Assembly: GCA_016215705.1 (NCBI GenBank)
Contig: JACRIR010000053.1
Span: forward strand, 11,973 to 75,972
Length of the DNA: 64,000 nucleotides
Direction: 5' to 3'
Source of the DNA: Candidatus Poribacteria bacterium
GTDB lineage: Bacteria; Abyssobacteria; SURF-5
The notes below the pieces were generated by a model. The model saw only the letters and a program-made list of their open reading frames with translations. It was not told the origin of the DNA and searched no databases. The position numbers and the translations under genes are program-made. Positions 1-10,189 of the stretch are shown here, piece after piece. Within the stretch, counting starts at the first letter, position 1, and each line of letters starts with the position of its first letter.

Positions 1-437
1 CGGATTGGCTGTCGGCTTACCTCAATTATTCCTACCAGTTCCTGGAGGCAAAAGACGCCGGCGCCGAGAATACGATCAACGAAGAGGGGGAACAAATCAA
101 GTCCTCCCCGGAGCACAAGGCCAACGCGGGCCTGTACGCTGAATTCAGGAGCGGAATCAGCCTGAATATGGACGTTCATTACGTTAGCTCCATAGACGCA
201 AACTTTTTTAATACCGCAGCCGCTATCTTTGATCCGAATGCGATTCTGGACGAGGAACACATTGACGATTACGTACGAACGGATATTCGTGTCGCATACA
301 AATTCCCGAAGCACGACGTCGAAGCGGCAATCATCATTTCCAACGTTTTCAACGACGTTCATCGAGAATGGGCCGAATCATCCGGAGCGGAGAGCTTCGA
401 GCGGCAATTCTTGTTCAACGTCACGGGCAGGTTCTAA
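1..437 (+). CDS. TonB-dependent receptor, C-terminal part (5' truncated by window edge)
   Basis: Frame is open from base 3 (DWLSAYLNYSYQFLEAK...PEHKANAG...). It has alternating beta-strand patterns, a 'NVFNDVHRE' box and an OM-barrel C-terminus FLFNVTGRF. Confidence 0.85.
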   Translation, partial: DWLSAYLNYSYQFLEAKDAGAENTINEEGEQIKSSPEHKANAGLYAEFRSGISLNMDVHYVSSIDANFFNTAAAIFDPNAILDEEHIDDYVRTDIRVAYKFPKHDVEAAIIISNVFNDVHREWAESSGAESFERQFLFNVTGRF

Positions 438-525
438 CATGCTTGCCCACATCTCAGTAGTGGCTTGATTGCGTGAATCGACTGTCAAATCGGTTGACAC
501 CGGCATGTCTGACATAGAGGTGAAC

Positions 526-1497
526 TTGAGAACGCGAAAAAGATTCCCGGGTTTGCTGATTGTCGCGCTTTCTCTCTTCTTCTTGATTGGCGAGGCCAAC
601 CTCGCTTCCGCTCCGCAAACATGCGTCGCAGTCGTCATGGGACGGTTCTCTCTGGAATACAGCGAAGCCCTCGATGGATTCGTTGAGGTCATCACCAAGA
701 ACAGGGCCGACGCCGAACTGAAGCGTTTCAACGTGGACGTTCCGGCCGGACAGATTGACGCAATTGTTCAGAGGGTCAGGGCGTCGCATCCTGATGTAAT
801 CCTCACCGTGGGCTCAATGGCGACAAGCGAGGTCTCATCCCGCATTTCTGATATACCAATAGTTTTCTCAACCGTGCTCTATCCGGTCGCGAGCGGTTTC
901 GCCTCGAGCATGCGCTCATCCGGAAATAACATTACCGGCGCCGCCATGGACGTGCCGATTGATGTCCAATTCAGGACATTGTTGAGTGTGGTCCCCCGCC
1001 TTGACAAGGTGGGAGTTCTCTATAATCCCGAAGAGACCGGCCCGATAATCCGGGAGGCTGAAGGAGTGGCAAGGGCCATGGGGCTTCATCTTGTGAGCGA
1101 ACAAGTGCGTTCAGAGAAGGATGTCCCCGCCGCCCTGGACAATCTGTTTCAGAGTAATGTCAAGGCCTTATGGTCAGTGGCCGACGCAGCCGTATTCACC
1201 TTGCCCTCCTTCAAGTTCATAGTGCAGAAGACGCTTGAGAAGGGCGTGCCCTTTATGGGACCGAATGACCGGTTCACTGAATCCGGAGCGCTTATCGCAT
1301 TGAACTGCGATCACACGGACAATGGGAGACAATCGGGAGAATTGGCCCTTTTGATTCTGGAAGGGAAGAGGCCGGCGGATATTCCGATTGCCCAGCCGAG
1401 GATAGTCGAGATGACGCTGAATTTGCGGGTCGCCAGGTTTCTTGGACTGAGAATTCCGGGAAACGTTGAACGCGAGGCTCACAGGGTTATCCGATGA
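526..1497 (+). CDS. Periplasmic ABC-type substrate-binding protein (ABC_sub_bind family), no cognate permease or ATPase in the window
   Basis: Signal peptide (RTRKRFPGLLIVALSLFFLIGEANLA) and motifs IPIVFS, GNNITG, VGVLYNPEE, GKRPADIPI, LNLRVARFLGL. TTG start at 526 chosen from a GAGGTG RBS; the ORF track starts at 469. Confidence 0.85.
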   Translation: MRTRKRFPGLLIVALSLFFLIGEANLASAPQTCVAVVMGRFSLEYSEALDGFVEVITKNRADAELKRFNVDVPAGQIDAIVQRVRASHPDVILTVGSMATSEVSSRISDIPIVFSTVLYPVASGFASSMRSSGNNITGAAMDVPIDVQFRTLLSVVPRLDKVGVLYNPEETGPIIREAEGVARAMGLHLVSEQVRSEKDVPAALDNLFQSNVKALWSVADAAVFTLPSFKFIVQKTLEKGVPFMGPNDRFTESGALIALNCDHTDNGRQSGELALLILEGKRPADIPIAQPRIVEMTLNLRVARFLGLRIPGNVEREAHRVIR

Positions 1498-3713
1498 GAA
1501 ACGGTAGCGCAATGTTACTCTTGAGACCGAGTCTGCAAAAGAAGTTCACCCTCCTGGTGTCACTGGCGATCGTGTCCACGTCCTTGCTTCTCAGTTATTA
1601 CTTTTTGAAAGCCTATGAGAGATATGTTCTCATGGAACTCGAGGAAGAAGGCCAGACCCTGTCCAATGCATTGGCGCACAACTGCGAATATGGCGTCCTA
1701 TTGTCCGATAAGGCCCAATTAACCTTGCTTGCCAAGGTTGTCTACGAAGACCCTGACGTGCGATACGTTACCATTAGCGGCGAGAACAATGAGCTTCTCG
1801 TGGACCTGGAGGCTGAACCGGGCGTGATCCGCCCGGAAAACGTGAGGCCGCAGGACATCCTGCGAAAGCAGGAAGTGGAATCCGGCGAATTCGTCACGTA
1901 TTTCAAGACAGGCAAGAGCAGAATACCTGCTCTTGACATACTACGAGTCATTCGCAGCCAAAGGAACACGAGACACGCGGAAGAGCTCGGGATGCTGTTG
2001 CAGCAGGAAGCGCCGGACAGGGATAAGGCGAACATGGTTGTAATCGGGCACGTGCGGCTGGGTATCTCCCCGGAAAAAGCGCTGTCGAACATACGCAGCA
2101 TAGAAAGAGACATCGGGATATTGACAGGCGGAGTGGCCATACTGGGCATCATATTGACCCTTCCCATCGTGCGTTTTGCGGTAAACCCTATTCGGCAGTT
2201 GGTCGAAGCTACGCAGAAGATCGCCCAGGGAGATCTCACGCAAAAGGTAAAGGCAAAAACGAGGGACGAAATCGGCGACCTCGCGAAATCATTCAACCGA
2301 ATGGTCGTAGACCTCCGATCGTCTCGAGATGAGATCGACAAATACAGCCGGACACTCGAGGAGAGGGTAAGGCAGCGAACCACCGAACTCGACCAGGCGA
2401 ACGACAGACTGGAATTGGAGCTCGCTGAACGCAAACGAGCCGAAGAGGAGATCCGGCAGAATCTTCAGGTACAGTCAACTCTCAATAGACTGCTCCAGAT
2501 TTCCGTCGAAGATATACCGCTCGAAAAAATGCTGGAACAGATCATTGTCGAGCTGACATCAGCTAACTTGTTTTCTCTGGATTCGCAGGGGAGCATTTTC
2601 CTTGCGGAAGAAGGTTCTGATGTGTTGGTAATGAAGGCGCAGAGCGGGCTCGACGAGCCCGTCCGCACTCTTTGCGCCAGGGTTCCATTTGGGAAGTGTC
2701 TGTGCGGCAGGGCCGCTTCCGAGCGGAAAGTAGTATTCACAAATTCCGCTAATGGCCGCCACGAGAATCAGTTTGTCGGTATGTGCGCTCACGGCCATTG
2801 CTGCGTGCCCATTCTATATGGCGACAGGGTGCTCGGCGTATTGAACATATATGTCAAGAACGGCCACGACAAGAATCCCAAGGAAGAAGATTTTCTAGTG
2901 ACGGCAGCCAACACATTGGCCGGAATCATTGAGCGGAAACGCACTCAAGAGGCGCTGAAAGTATTCACCGCAAAATTGGAGGACAGCAACAAGGAACTTG
3001 TGCAATTCGCCTACGTCGCCTCGCATGATTTGCAGGAGCCGCTGAGAAAGATAAGCGCGTTCGGCGATCGACTCGCGACGAAATGCCGGGACTCTCTGGA
3101 TGAGCAGGGGAGGGACTATCTGGACCGGATGCAAAGCGCCGCAAAAAGAATGCAAACTCTGATTGAAGGACTGCTTCTGTTCTCGAGGGTTACGACAAAG
3201 GCGCAGCCCTTTGTTGCAGTGGCGCTTTCCGATGTGATGCGTGAGGTATTGGCGGACCTGGAAATACGCATCGAGCAGATGGGCGGACGGGTTGAATGCG
3301 GTGAGTTGCCGACGATCGACGCGGACCCGCTTCAAATGCGCCAGCTCTTGCAGAACCTTGTCGGGAATGCGTTGAAGTTCCGAAGAAAAGAGGAAGCGCC
3401 GGTTGTGACGGTGAGCGGCCGACTTCTGAATAGTATTGAGGAAGGATCAGGGAAGAGACAGGACGGCCTGTGCGAGATCATTGTGCAGGATAACGGCATT
3501 GGTTTCGAGGAGAAGTACGTGGACCGCATTTTCGGCGTTTTTCAGCGCCTTCACGGAAGGGACGAATATGAGGGAACAGGCATTGGCCTTGCGATCTGCA
3601 AGAAAATCGTGGAGCGACATGGCGGCGCTATTGCGGCCAGGAGCGCTCTCGGCCGCGGTTCGACGTTCATTGCAACACTGCCCGCCAAACAAAACAGAGG
3701 AGATAACCCATAA
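1494..3713 (+). CDS. Membrane sensor histidine kinase (TM-periplasmic-TM-HAMP-GAF-HisKA-HATPase)
   Basis: Two TM segments, HAMP (DEIGDLAKSFNRM), GAF (GKCLCGRAA...CVPI), H-box YVASHDLQEPLR, N/G boxes NALKF, DNGIG, GTGIGLA. Confidence 0.95.
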   Translation: MRNGSAMLLLRPSLQKKFTLLVSLAIVSTSLLLSYYFLKAYERYVLMELEEEGQTLSNALAHNCEYGVLLSDKAQLTLLAKVVYEDPDVRYVTISGENNELLVDLEAEPGVIRPENVRPQDILRKQEVESGEFVTYFKTGKSRIPALDILRVIRSQRNTRHAEELGMLLQQEAPDRDKANMVVIGHVRLGISPEKALSNIRSIERDIGILTGGVAILGIILTLPIVRFAVNPIRQLVEATQKIAQGDLTQKVKAKTRDEIGDLAKSFNRMVVDLRSSRDEIDKYSRTLEERVRQRTTELDQANDRLELELAERKRAEEEIRQNLQVQSTLNRLLQISVEDIPLEKMLEQIIVELTSANLFSLDSQGSIFLAEEGSDVLVMKAQSGLDEPVRTLCARVPFGKCLCGRAASERKVVFTNSANGRHENQFVGMCAHGHCCVPILYGDRVLGVLNIYVKNGHDKNPKEEDFLVTAANTLAGIIERKRTQEALKVFTAKLEDSNKELVQFAYVASHDLQEPLRKISAFGDRLATKCRDSLDEQGRDYLDRMQSAAKRMQTLIEGLLLFSRVTTKAQPFVAVALSDVMREVLADLEIRIEQMGGRVECGELPTIDADPLQMRQLLQNLVGNALKFRRKEEAPVVTVSGRLLNSIEEGSGKRQDGLCEIIVQDNGIGFEEKYVDRIFGVFQRLHGRDEYEGTGIGLAICKKIVERHGGAIAARSALGRGSTFIATLPAKQNRGDNP

Positions 3714-4186
3714 TGTGCGGAGACAAGGACAGCATCACAATTCTCATGGCCGACGATGATCCGGACGATTGTCTCATGGCAAAGGAGGCTCTAGAGGAGA
3801 ATCGTCTGGCGAATGACGTACACTTCGTCTCGGATGGAGAGGAATTGATGGATTATCTCCACCACCGCGGAAAGTACTCGGACCCGTCCGGCTCTCCGCT
3901 TCCGGGTTTGATACTTCTCGACCTCAATATGCCCAGGAAAGACGGCAGAGAAGCGCTTAAAGAAATCAAGAACGACCCGGCCCTGCGAAAAATCCCCGTG
4001 GTCGTTCTCACCACCTCGAAGGCCGAGGAGGACATATGTCGCACTTATGACCTCGGCGTAAACTCGTTCATCGTGAAACCCGTTTCGTTCGAGGGACTCG
4101 TCGAGGTGATGAGAACTTTGCGTAAGTATTGGTTCGAGATCGTCAAGCTTCCATCCGAGGGAGTTAAGAAACAAAATGGATGCTAA
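3713..4186 (+). CDS. Single-domain response regulator (Rcp1/CheY-like)
   Basis: ADDDPDD, ILLDLNMPRKDG, VVVLTTS, FIVKP. Overlaps the kinase stop by 1 nt. Confidence 0.95.
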   Translation: MCGDKDSITILMADDDPDDCLMAKEALEENRLANDVHFVSDGEELMDYLHHRGKYSDPSGSPLPGLILLDLNMPRKDGREALKEIKNDPALRKIPVVVLTTSKAEEDICRTYDLGVNSFIVKPVSFEGLVEVMRTLRKYWFEIVKLPSEGVKKQNGC

Positions 4187-6101
4187 CCGTGTCAAGCTCC
4201 TCCTCGTCGACGACGATGAGGACGACTATATTGTCACGCGCGACCTGCTCGCAGAAATCGAGGCTACGCGCTACCACCTGGAGTGGGCCTCTTCGTACGA
4301 GTCCGCGCTGGAAGCTGTCGGGCGGAATCAGCATGACGTGTATCTGTTCGATTACCGGCTTGGAAGGCATAACGGCCTTGATCTGTTGCGGGAGGCAATC
4401 GCTCGAGGAAGCAAGGCCCCCATGATTCTGCTGACCGGCCAGGGAGACCGTGAAATAGACGTTGAGGCGATGAAAGCCGGGGCGGCTGACTATCTGGTGA
4501 AAGGGCGCATCGACTCCCGTCTTCTTGAGCGGTCCATCCGGTACGCACTTGAGCGGGCCAAATCTCTCGAAGCGCTTCGCAAAAGCGAAGAGAAATACCG
4601 AACGCTCTTTGAAGAGTCGAAGGACGTGGTTTTCGTCAGTTCGCCCGAAGGGCATTTCATGGAGATCAATCCGGCCGGAGTCGACTTGTTCGGCTACTCC
4701 TCTCAGGAGGAACTCTTGAGAATTGACCTTGCTCGTGGGCTATACATGTGCGCGGAGGACCGAAGCAAGTTCCAGGACCAAATTACGGCCGAGGGATTTG
4801 TGAAGGACTACGAATTTGTCGCGAAGACAAAGGATGGACGGCCACTGAACTTGATTATGAGCGCAACGGTTGTGCGTGATGAGACAGGAGACGTCGCAGC
4901 GTATAGAGGAATTATACGCGACATCACGGAATGGAGAAAACTCGAGGAGCAACTTCTCAAAGCGCAAAAAATGGAAAGCATCGGAACACTGGCGGGCGGA
5001 ATCGCTCACGACTTTAATAATCTTCTTGGGGGAATCCTGGGATACATTTCCCTCATAAAAACAAAAGTCGCGAAGGACAGCGATCTTCTTGACTACCTTG
5101 ACACTATTGAGAAGAGCGGCCAGCGGGCCGCCGAACTCACGGCGCAGCTTTTGGCGTTCGCCCGAGGGGGGAAATACAACGTCCGTTGCATACCCGTTGA
5201 CAGCCTCATTGAAGCGACGCTCAATGAGATCGGGAATACATTCGGCGAGTCGATTAAAATAGAGACCCGTCTCGCCGAATCGCTTCCCACGATTGAGGCC
5301 GACGCGGGACAAATACAGAAAGCGCTCATGAACATCTGCCGCAATGCGCGCGACGCAATGCCGAACGGCGGGAAAATATTCATTGAGAGCGGCACGACTG
5401 TCCTGGGAGAGGATTATGTAAGAACACACCCCGAGACAAAAGCAGGCTATTACGTAACCCTATCAGTGACGGATACCGGCATAGGTATGGACAAGCAGAC
5501 CATCAAGCGGATATTCGACCCGTTTTTCACAACGAAGGCCGTGGGTAAAGGAACGGGCCTCGGCCTGGCTATGGTTTATGGCATAGTCAAGAACCACGGC
5601 GGCGACATATACGTGTACAGCGAACCCGGGCATGGCTCGACGTTCAGGATTTACTTGCCGTCACGCGAGATGATTGAACCCGCGAGATTGGAGGAAACTG
5701 AAAACCAGCCGAAGGGCGCGGCAAACGCTCTTATTCTTATCGTTGATGACGAGCCGGGGATACGGTCTGTGTTGAAAAGCATGCTTGAAAGTTCTTCATA
5801 TCGGGTGTTGGTGGCTGAAGACGGCGAGACGGCGGTTGAGACCTACAAAACCCATAGGGAAGAGATCAATCTGGTTATCCTCGATATGATTATGCCCAAA
5901 ATGGAAGGCCGCGAGACATTCCTGAAGTTGAGAGAGATAGACCCTTCGGTCAAAGCCATCCTTTCAACCGGCTACAGTCAAAACGACAAAACCGAGGAGA
6001 TTCTTCGTGACGGAGTCACAGGATTCATACAGAAACCATTCCAACTCAAGGAGTTGATTTCCAAAGTGGAAAGCGTGCTCGATGGGCAAAAGCAGGCGTA
6101 A
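4176..6101 (+). CDS. Hybrid histidine kinase REC-PAS-HisKA-HATPase-REC (CckA-like)
   Basis: N-terminal REC (VDDDEDD), PAS (INPAG...GIIRDIT), [32 protein letters not shown]-terminal REC. Confidence 0.95.
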   Translation: MDANRVKLLLVDDDEDDYIVTRDLLAEIEATRYHLEWASSYESALEAVGRNQHDVYLFDYRLGRHNGLDLLREAIARGSKAPMILLTGQGDREIDVEAMKAGAADYLVKGRIDSRLLERSIRYALERAKSLEALRKSEEKYRTLFEESKDVVFVSSPEGHFMEINPAGVDLFGYSSQEELLRIDLARGLYMCAEDRSKFQDQITAEGFVKDYEFVAKTKDGRPLNLIMSATVVRDETGDVAAYRGIIRDITEWRKLEEQLLKAQKMESIGTLAGGIAHDFNNLLGGILGYISLIKTKVAKDSDLLDYLDTIEKSGQRAAELTAQLLAFARGGKYNVRCIPVDSLIEATLNEIGNTFGESIKIETRLAESLPTIEADAGQIQKALMNICRNARDAMPNGGKIFIESGTTVLGEDYVRTHPETKAGYYVTLSVTDTGIGMDKQTIKRIFDPFFTTKAVGKGTGLGLAMVYGIVKNHGGDIYVYSEPGHGSTFRIYLPSREMIEPARLEETENQPKGAANALILIVDDEPGIRSVLKSMLESSSYRVLVAEDGETAVETYKTHREEINLVILDMIMPKMEGRETFLKLREIDPSVKAILSTGYSQNDKTEEILRDGVTGFIQKPFQLKELISKVESVLDGQKQA

Positions 6102-6145
6102 GAGACTGTCCCACGATTCTGCAGTCGCCAATTTGAAAATAGCCC

Positions 6146-7570
6146 TCACACCCCCCCTCCCGTGAGAACCACCTTGATCGTCTTGAGTAGAATAATAAGG
6201 TCGAGAACCAAAGATTGATTGACAATGTAGTAGAGGTCGTATTCGAGCTTTTTCCTCGACGAGTCCAGGGAATCCGCATAGCCGCAATTGACTTGCGCCC
6301 AGCCGGTAATGCCCGGTTTCACAAGAAGGCGAACCGAGTAGTTTGGTATTTTTTCGGAATAATCCTCACTGGCTCGAGATTCGACCGAACGCACGTACTC
6401 CTCGACGAACGTCGGTCGCTCGGGTCTCGGACCAATGACACTCATTTCGCCCTTCAGCACGTTCACAAGCTGAGGCAGTTCGTCGAGTCGCGTCTTGCGA
6501 ATAAACTTGCCCACCCGGGTGATACGTGGGTCTTCTTTGTGTGAAAAGACTGCACGCCCATCCTTCTCTGCGTCCATGTGCATGGAACGGAATTTGCAAA
6601 GGGTGAAAACACAGCCGTCTTTGCCTACACGCTTCTGACGGTAGAATATGGGGCCACCGGAATCAAGCCTTATGGCAACCGCAGTCAGAAGAAGCAAAGG
6701 AGAACAGACGACAAGCCCAAACAGCGCCGCCGCGAAGTCAAACAATCTTTTGACCTTTCTTTGAAAAGAACTCGTCAACCTCTCGGTGCGATACAAAAGC
6801 CATTCGGGCGTGAGGAAATCACAGGGTATCCTGCCGAAGAACTCACTGTAGAAACTGAACCTGTCAATCACGCGGATTCCATTGAGTCTGCACTTCACGA
6901 GAGTCTGTTTCATTTCGCGAGTCAGCCGCTCGTACGTGGACGCGATGACAACGCCGTCAGCCGCCAAATCGGAGGCAAGTACTCCCACCTCGTTGCCGTC
7001 GCCGAGGATTCTCCATGACTCGACGGAGGTCTCGGTCGCAGATGTTGGATTGTTGAGCGCCCCAAGCGGGTCGACACTGTTCCAGGAATTGCGATCGATA
7101 TCATCGAGAAGAGTCTTGCCCGCCTGGCCTGTGCCGATAATAAGAATTCTCGTCTTCCGTGCGCTCCGACGGCCCAATCTCGATATTATCCGTCGCGATG
7201 AGATCGTGCCCAGGAACACTACTCCACCGATGAGCACAAGGATTGTTCTGCCCAGCCTCAAGGGTAAATGGGCGTAGAAAAGGACGGTTGACAGCAGAAG
7301 CGGCGCCACCGTGGCAAGCGCGATGGCAAGGATTGTGCGATTGCTCCGGATATTGCCACTTGGGTTGTAAAGGTCTGCGACATAGAACGTCGCGGCGTAG
7401 AACAGCGAGAGCAGAACCAGCGACAGCAAATGGGAGTAAATGTAAAGGACACCTTCGCCAATTCCGAGTCTGAGGAACGCAGAACCCAGGAGCGCAACCC
7501 AAATGGTGATTTGGTCCGCGCAGGCAAGCGCCAGTTTACGGCGTGAGATCGTGTGACTTATTATTCGCAT
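6146..7570 (-). CDS. Priming polyprenyl-phosphate glycosylphosphotransferase (WcaJ/WbaP family)
   Basis: N-terminal TMs, Rossmann-like IIGTGQAG, Bac_transf motifs KFRSM, DPRITRVG, LDELPQL, GPRPE, KPGITGWAQV, YDLYY. Confidence 0.95.
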   Translation of the reverse strand: MRIISHTISRRKLALACADQITIWVALLGSAFLRLGIGEGVLYIYSHLLSLVLLSLFYAATFYVADLYNPSGNIRSNRTILAIALATVAPLLLSTVLFYAHLPLRLGRTILVLIGGVVFLGTISSRRIISRLGRRSARKTRILIIGTGQAGKTLLDDIDRNSWNSVDPLGALNNPTSATETSVESWRILGDGNEVGVLASDLAADGVVIASTYERLTREMKQTLVKCRLNGIRVIDRFSFYSEFFGRIPCDFLTPEWLLYRTERLTSSFQRKVKRLFDFAAALFGLVVCSPLLLLTAVAIRLDSGGPIFYRQKRVGKDGCVFTLCKFRSMHMDAEKDGRAVFSHKEDPRITRVGKFIRKTRLDELPQLVNVLKGEMSVIGPRPERPTFVEEYVRSVESRASEDYSEKIPNYSVRLLVKPGITGWAQVNCGYADSLDSSRKKLEYDLYYIVNQSLVLDLIILLKTIKVVLTGGGV

Positions 7571-7574
7571 AATA

Positions 7575-9050
7575 TCAGGTTATCCCGAGCCAATCCACAA
7601 GTTTCCTCGAGTCTCCAACCAGTGTCTTCGGTGAACTGTAATAGAGAGAAGCGCGAGTCTTGGCCTTCTTCAGCAATAACGACGGCTTTCGGTTGTATCG
7701 CTCGAACTTCCGGATCGCCGTTCTTGTGATTTCGGAGAATTCACCCGGACTCATGTGCAGTGTAAAGCTGTTGTGGGGACTTTGATGGCTGAACTGGCTC
7801 CAGTCGCGGTCTTGCGGGAACAAGCCCGTCTTGACGGAATTCTCGTAGAGCTCCGTTCCCGGATAGGGCGTGAAAATGCTGAAGGTGCACCAGCATGGTC
7901 GCAGCGTGTCAATGCTCTCCAATGTCCTGGCGATGTCACTGATGTCTTCCTGCGGGAATCCGATCATAAAGAAGGCGGACCAGTAAATCTCGTTTCGGTT
8001 GAGCATCTCGGCCACCTCCCGCATTTTTTCCAAAGTTTCTCCCTTTTTTATCGCCTCAAGAATCCGAGGGCTGCCGCTTTCCACACCTACTTCCACATTG
8101 TTGCAGCCGGCGAGCTTCATCTCACTGATAAGCTCCTCGTCAAGAAGATCGAACCGGGTATTGCATCCCCATTTGACGTCGAGTTGCTCGCTGCGGATCG
8201 CTTCACAGAACTCCAGCGTTCTGTTCTTCCTTAGCGTGAAGCAATCATCCCAAAAAGTAAATTGGCGGGTTCCAAACTTTTCGCGAATGAACCTGATTTC
8301 CTCGATGACGTTGTCGACCGACCGATATCTCACCTTGTGCGTCCAGACGGTATGCGCGGCGCAATAGGTGCATCTGAAGGGGCACCCCCGGGTTGTAATC
8401 ATGTTGCCCATGTTTTCCGGATCGACGACCCTGTTTCCGAGCAACAGGTCTCGGGCAGGAAAGGGAATCGAATCGAGGTCATCTATGAGTGTGCGGGTTC
8501 GGTTGTGTGTGATTACGCCGTCGGGATTCTTGTAGGATATGCCTTGCACGTTTCTCAAATCGGACTTAGCCCCCAGGGCATCGATGAGCTCGACAATCGT
8601 GGTTTCTCCCTCGCCATGGACAACTATGTCCAACTCGCCGCGCGAGAGAACTTCGCGGGCGCAGTTGGTCGAGTGCGGCCCGCCCATGATAACGGGGGCA
8701 TGAGGAAACAGTTTCTTGGATATTGCCGCGACGGAAACGGCAGAGGCGAACTTTACGGTAGGGGCCGTTATGCCGACGACATCGGGGGCATATCGGCGGA
8801 TGGTCTCCCCTATTTCCTTCCAAACGGCATGTCCGTTGTTCCCGAGAGCGTCCAAATACAGGTTGAAAGAGCTTAGTAGCTCGGAAGAACGCAAATAGCG
8901 CTGTTTGTCGTGGAATTCCGCATTGTAGATTCTGACATCGTGTCCCCGGTTCCTGAGCACGGCAGCGAGGTATCCGATACCCAGCGGAAACCAATCGCAT
9001 TTGAAGCGCATGAATCTCTGAAATGGAGGATCAATCAATAGTATTCTCAT
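7575..9050 (-). CDS. Cobalamin-binding radical SAM protein #1
   Basis: B12-binding N-domain (PLGIGYLAA, GGPH, GEGE) plus RGCPFRCTYC (CX3CX2C) and GVESGS. Confidence 0.92.
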   Translation of the reverse strand: MRILLIDPPFQRFMRFKCDWFPLGIGYLAAVLRNRGHDVRIYNAEFHDKQRYLRSSELLSSFNLYLDALGNNGHAVWKEIGETIRRYAPDVVGITAPTVKFASAVSVAAISKKLFPHAPVIMGGPHSTNCAREVLSRGELDIVVHGEGETTIVELIDALGAKSDLRNVQGISYKNPDGVITHNRTRTLIDDLDSIPFPARDLLLGNRVVDPENMGNMITTRGCPFRCTYCAAHTVWTHKVRYRSVDNVIEEIRFIREKFGTRQFTFWDDCFTLRKNRTLEFCEAIRSEQLDVKWGCNTRFDLLDEELISEMKLAGCNNVEVGVESGSPRILEAIKKGETLEKMREVAEMLNRNEIYWSAFFMIGFPQEDISDIARTLESIDTLRPCWCTFSIFTPYPGTELYENSVKTGLFPQDRDWSQFSHQSPHNSFTLHMSPGEFSEITRTAIRKFERYNRKPSLLLKKAKTRASLYYSSPKTLVGDSRKLVDWLGIT

Positions 9051-10189
9051 TTTCCCCTCCCATCGAGCAATGACAGATACAACTGCCCTGTTTTTTTAAC
9101 CATCTTCTCGAGAGTGAAGTTTTGCATTACCCTTTCCTTGGCCGCCATCCCGAGAGCGGTTGCGCGGCGCCGGTCGGACAACAGTCCGATAATGGCGGAG
9201 GCAAGCGAAGGCGGGTCCCCCGGCGGAACAATCGCCGCCGCCTCGCCCACCATTTCCGCTATCCCTCCCACCTCGGTCGCGGCCACGGGCCTCGCGAGCG
9301 CCATTGCCTCCAGCAAAGCCCAGGGAAATCCTTCCTTCACGGACGAAAGCGCGAAGACGTCGAATGCCGGAACAAACTGTGTGGCGTCTTCCCTGTAACC
9401 ATAGAAATGAACTCTATCCTTCAATCCTTTCGACTCCACCTGCGAGCAAATGTCTGCCAGCATCGGACCGTCTCCTATGAGGACCGCATGAACATCCTTC
9501 AGGTTGCGGGACACAATCTCGAAGGCATCGACAAAGAAGCCAAGCCCTTTGTTAGGATAGAAATTGGCAATCGTTCCTATGACTCTGCTGTTTGGCGGCA
9601 GCCCGATGTCTTCTTTGTTGAACCCGCGGGTCTGCGCCAGGCCGCCGGCGTCTATGCCGTTGTGTATCGTCGTTATCTTGTCCTCCCTGCATACTCCTTT
9701 TTGGAGGGCCGAGCGTCGGTCGTAATCCGAGACTGCAATAATGTGGTCTCCGAGCCGGGCGCCCAGCTTTTCCTCCATGAGCGCGACGTAGTGTCGGAGG
9801 CGGCCGGAAGGCTCGTTGAATGAGAATCCATGGGCCGTGAACACGATGAGTGGAGTGTGCGCCATGGCTGCCGCAAGCCGTCCGACAAGACCGGCCTTTG
9901 TGCTATGGGCCGCTACGATGTCGAATTTCCCCCCTACGATTATTCGATAGAGTTCCTTTGTGCACGCAGCGTCGAGCAAAGGAGACAGGGACCGCTTCAA
10001 TGTGGGAAGAGACAGAACCGGCACTCGCGCTCTTTTCAGCCGCTGGATGAGCCGCTCACCTGTTCCACAAACAACCATCGTCTCGAAGACGGTGTTCAGC
10101 CGGCTTGAGAGATGAAAGACGTGGTTGGCCGCACCTCCCGGTTCAGCCTCGGAATTCGTAATGATTCTGAGTATTCGGTGCGACTTCAT
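9047..10189 (-). CDS. Glycosyltransferase family 4
   Basis: GGAA, HSTKAG, IHNGID, EGFPWALLEA (EX7E). Confidence 0.93.
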   Translation of the reverse strand: MKSHRILRIITNSEAEPGGAANHVFHLSSRLNTVFETMVVCGTGERLIQRLKRARVPVLSLPTLKRSLSPLLDAACTKELYRIIVGGKFDIVAAHSTKAGLVGRLAAAMAHTPLIVFTAHGFSFNEPSGRLRHYVALMEEKLGARLGDHIIAVSDYDRRSALQKGVCREDKITTIHNGIDAGGLAQTRGFNKEDIGLPPNSRVIGTIANFYPNKGLGFFVDAFEIVSRNLKDVHAVLIGDGPMLADICSQVESKGLKDRVHFYGYREDATQFVPAFDVFALSSVKEGFPWALLEAMALARPVAATEVGGIAEMVGEAAAIVPPGDPPSLASAIIGLLSDRRRATALGMAAKERVMQNFTLEKMVKKTGQLYLSLLDGRGK

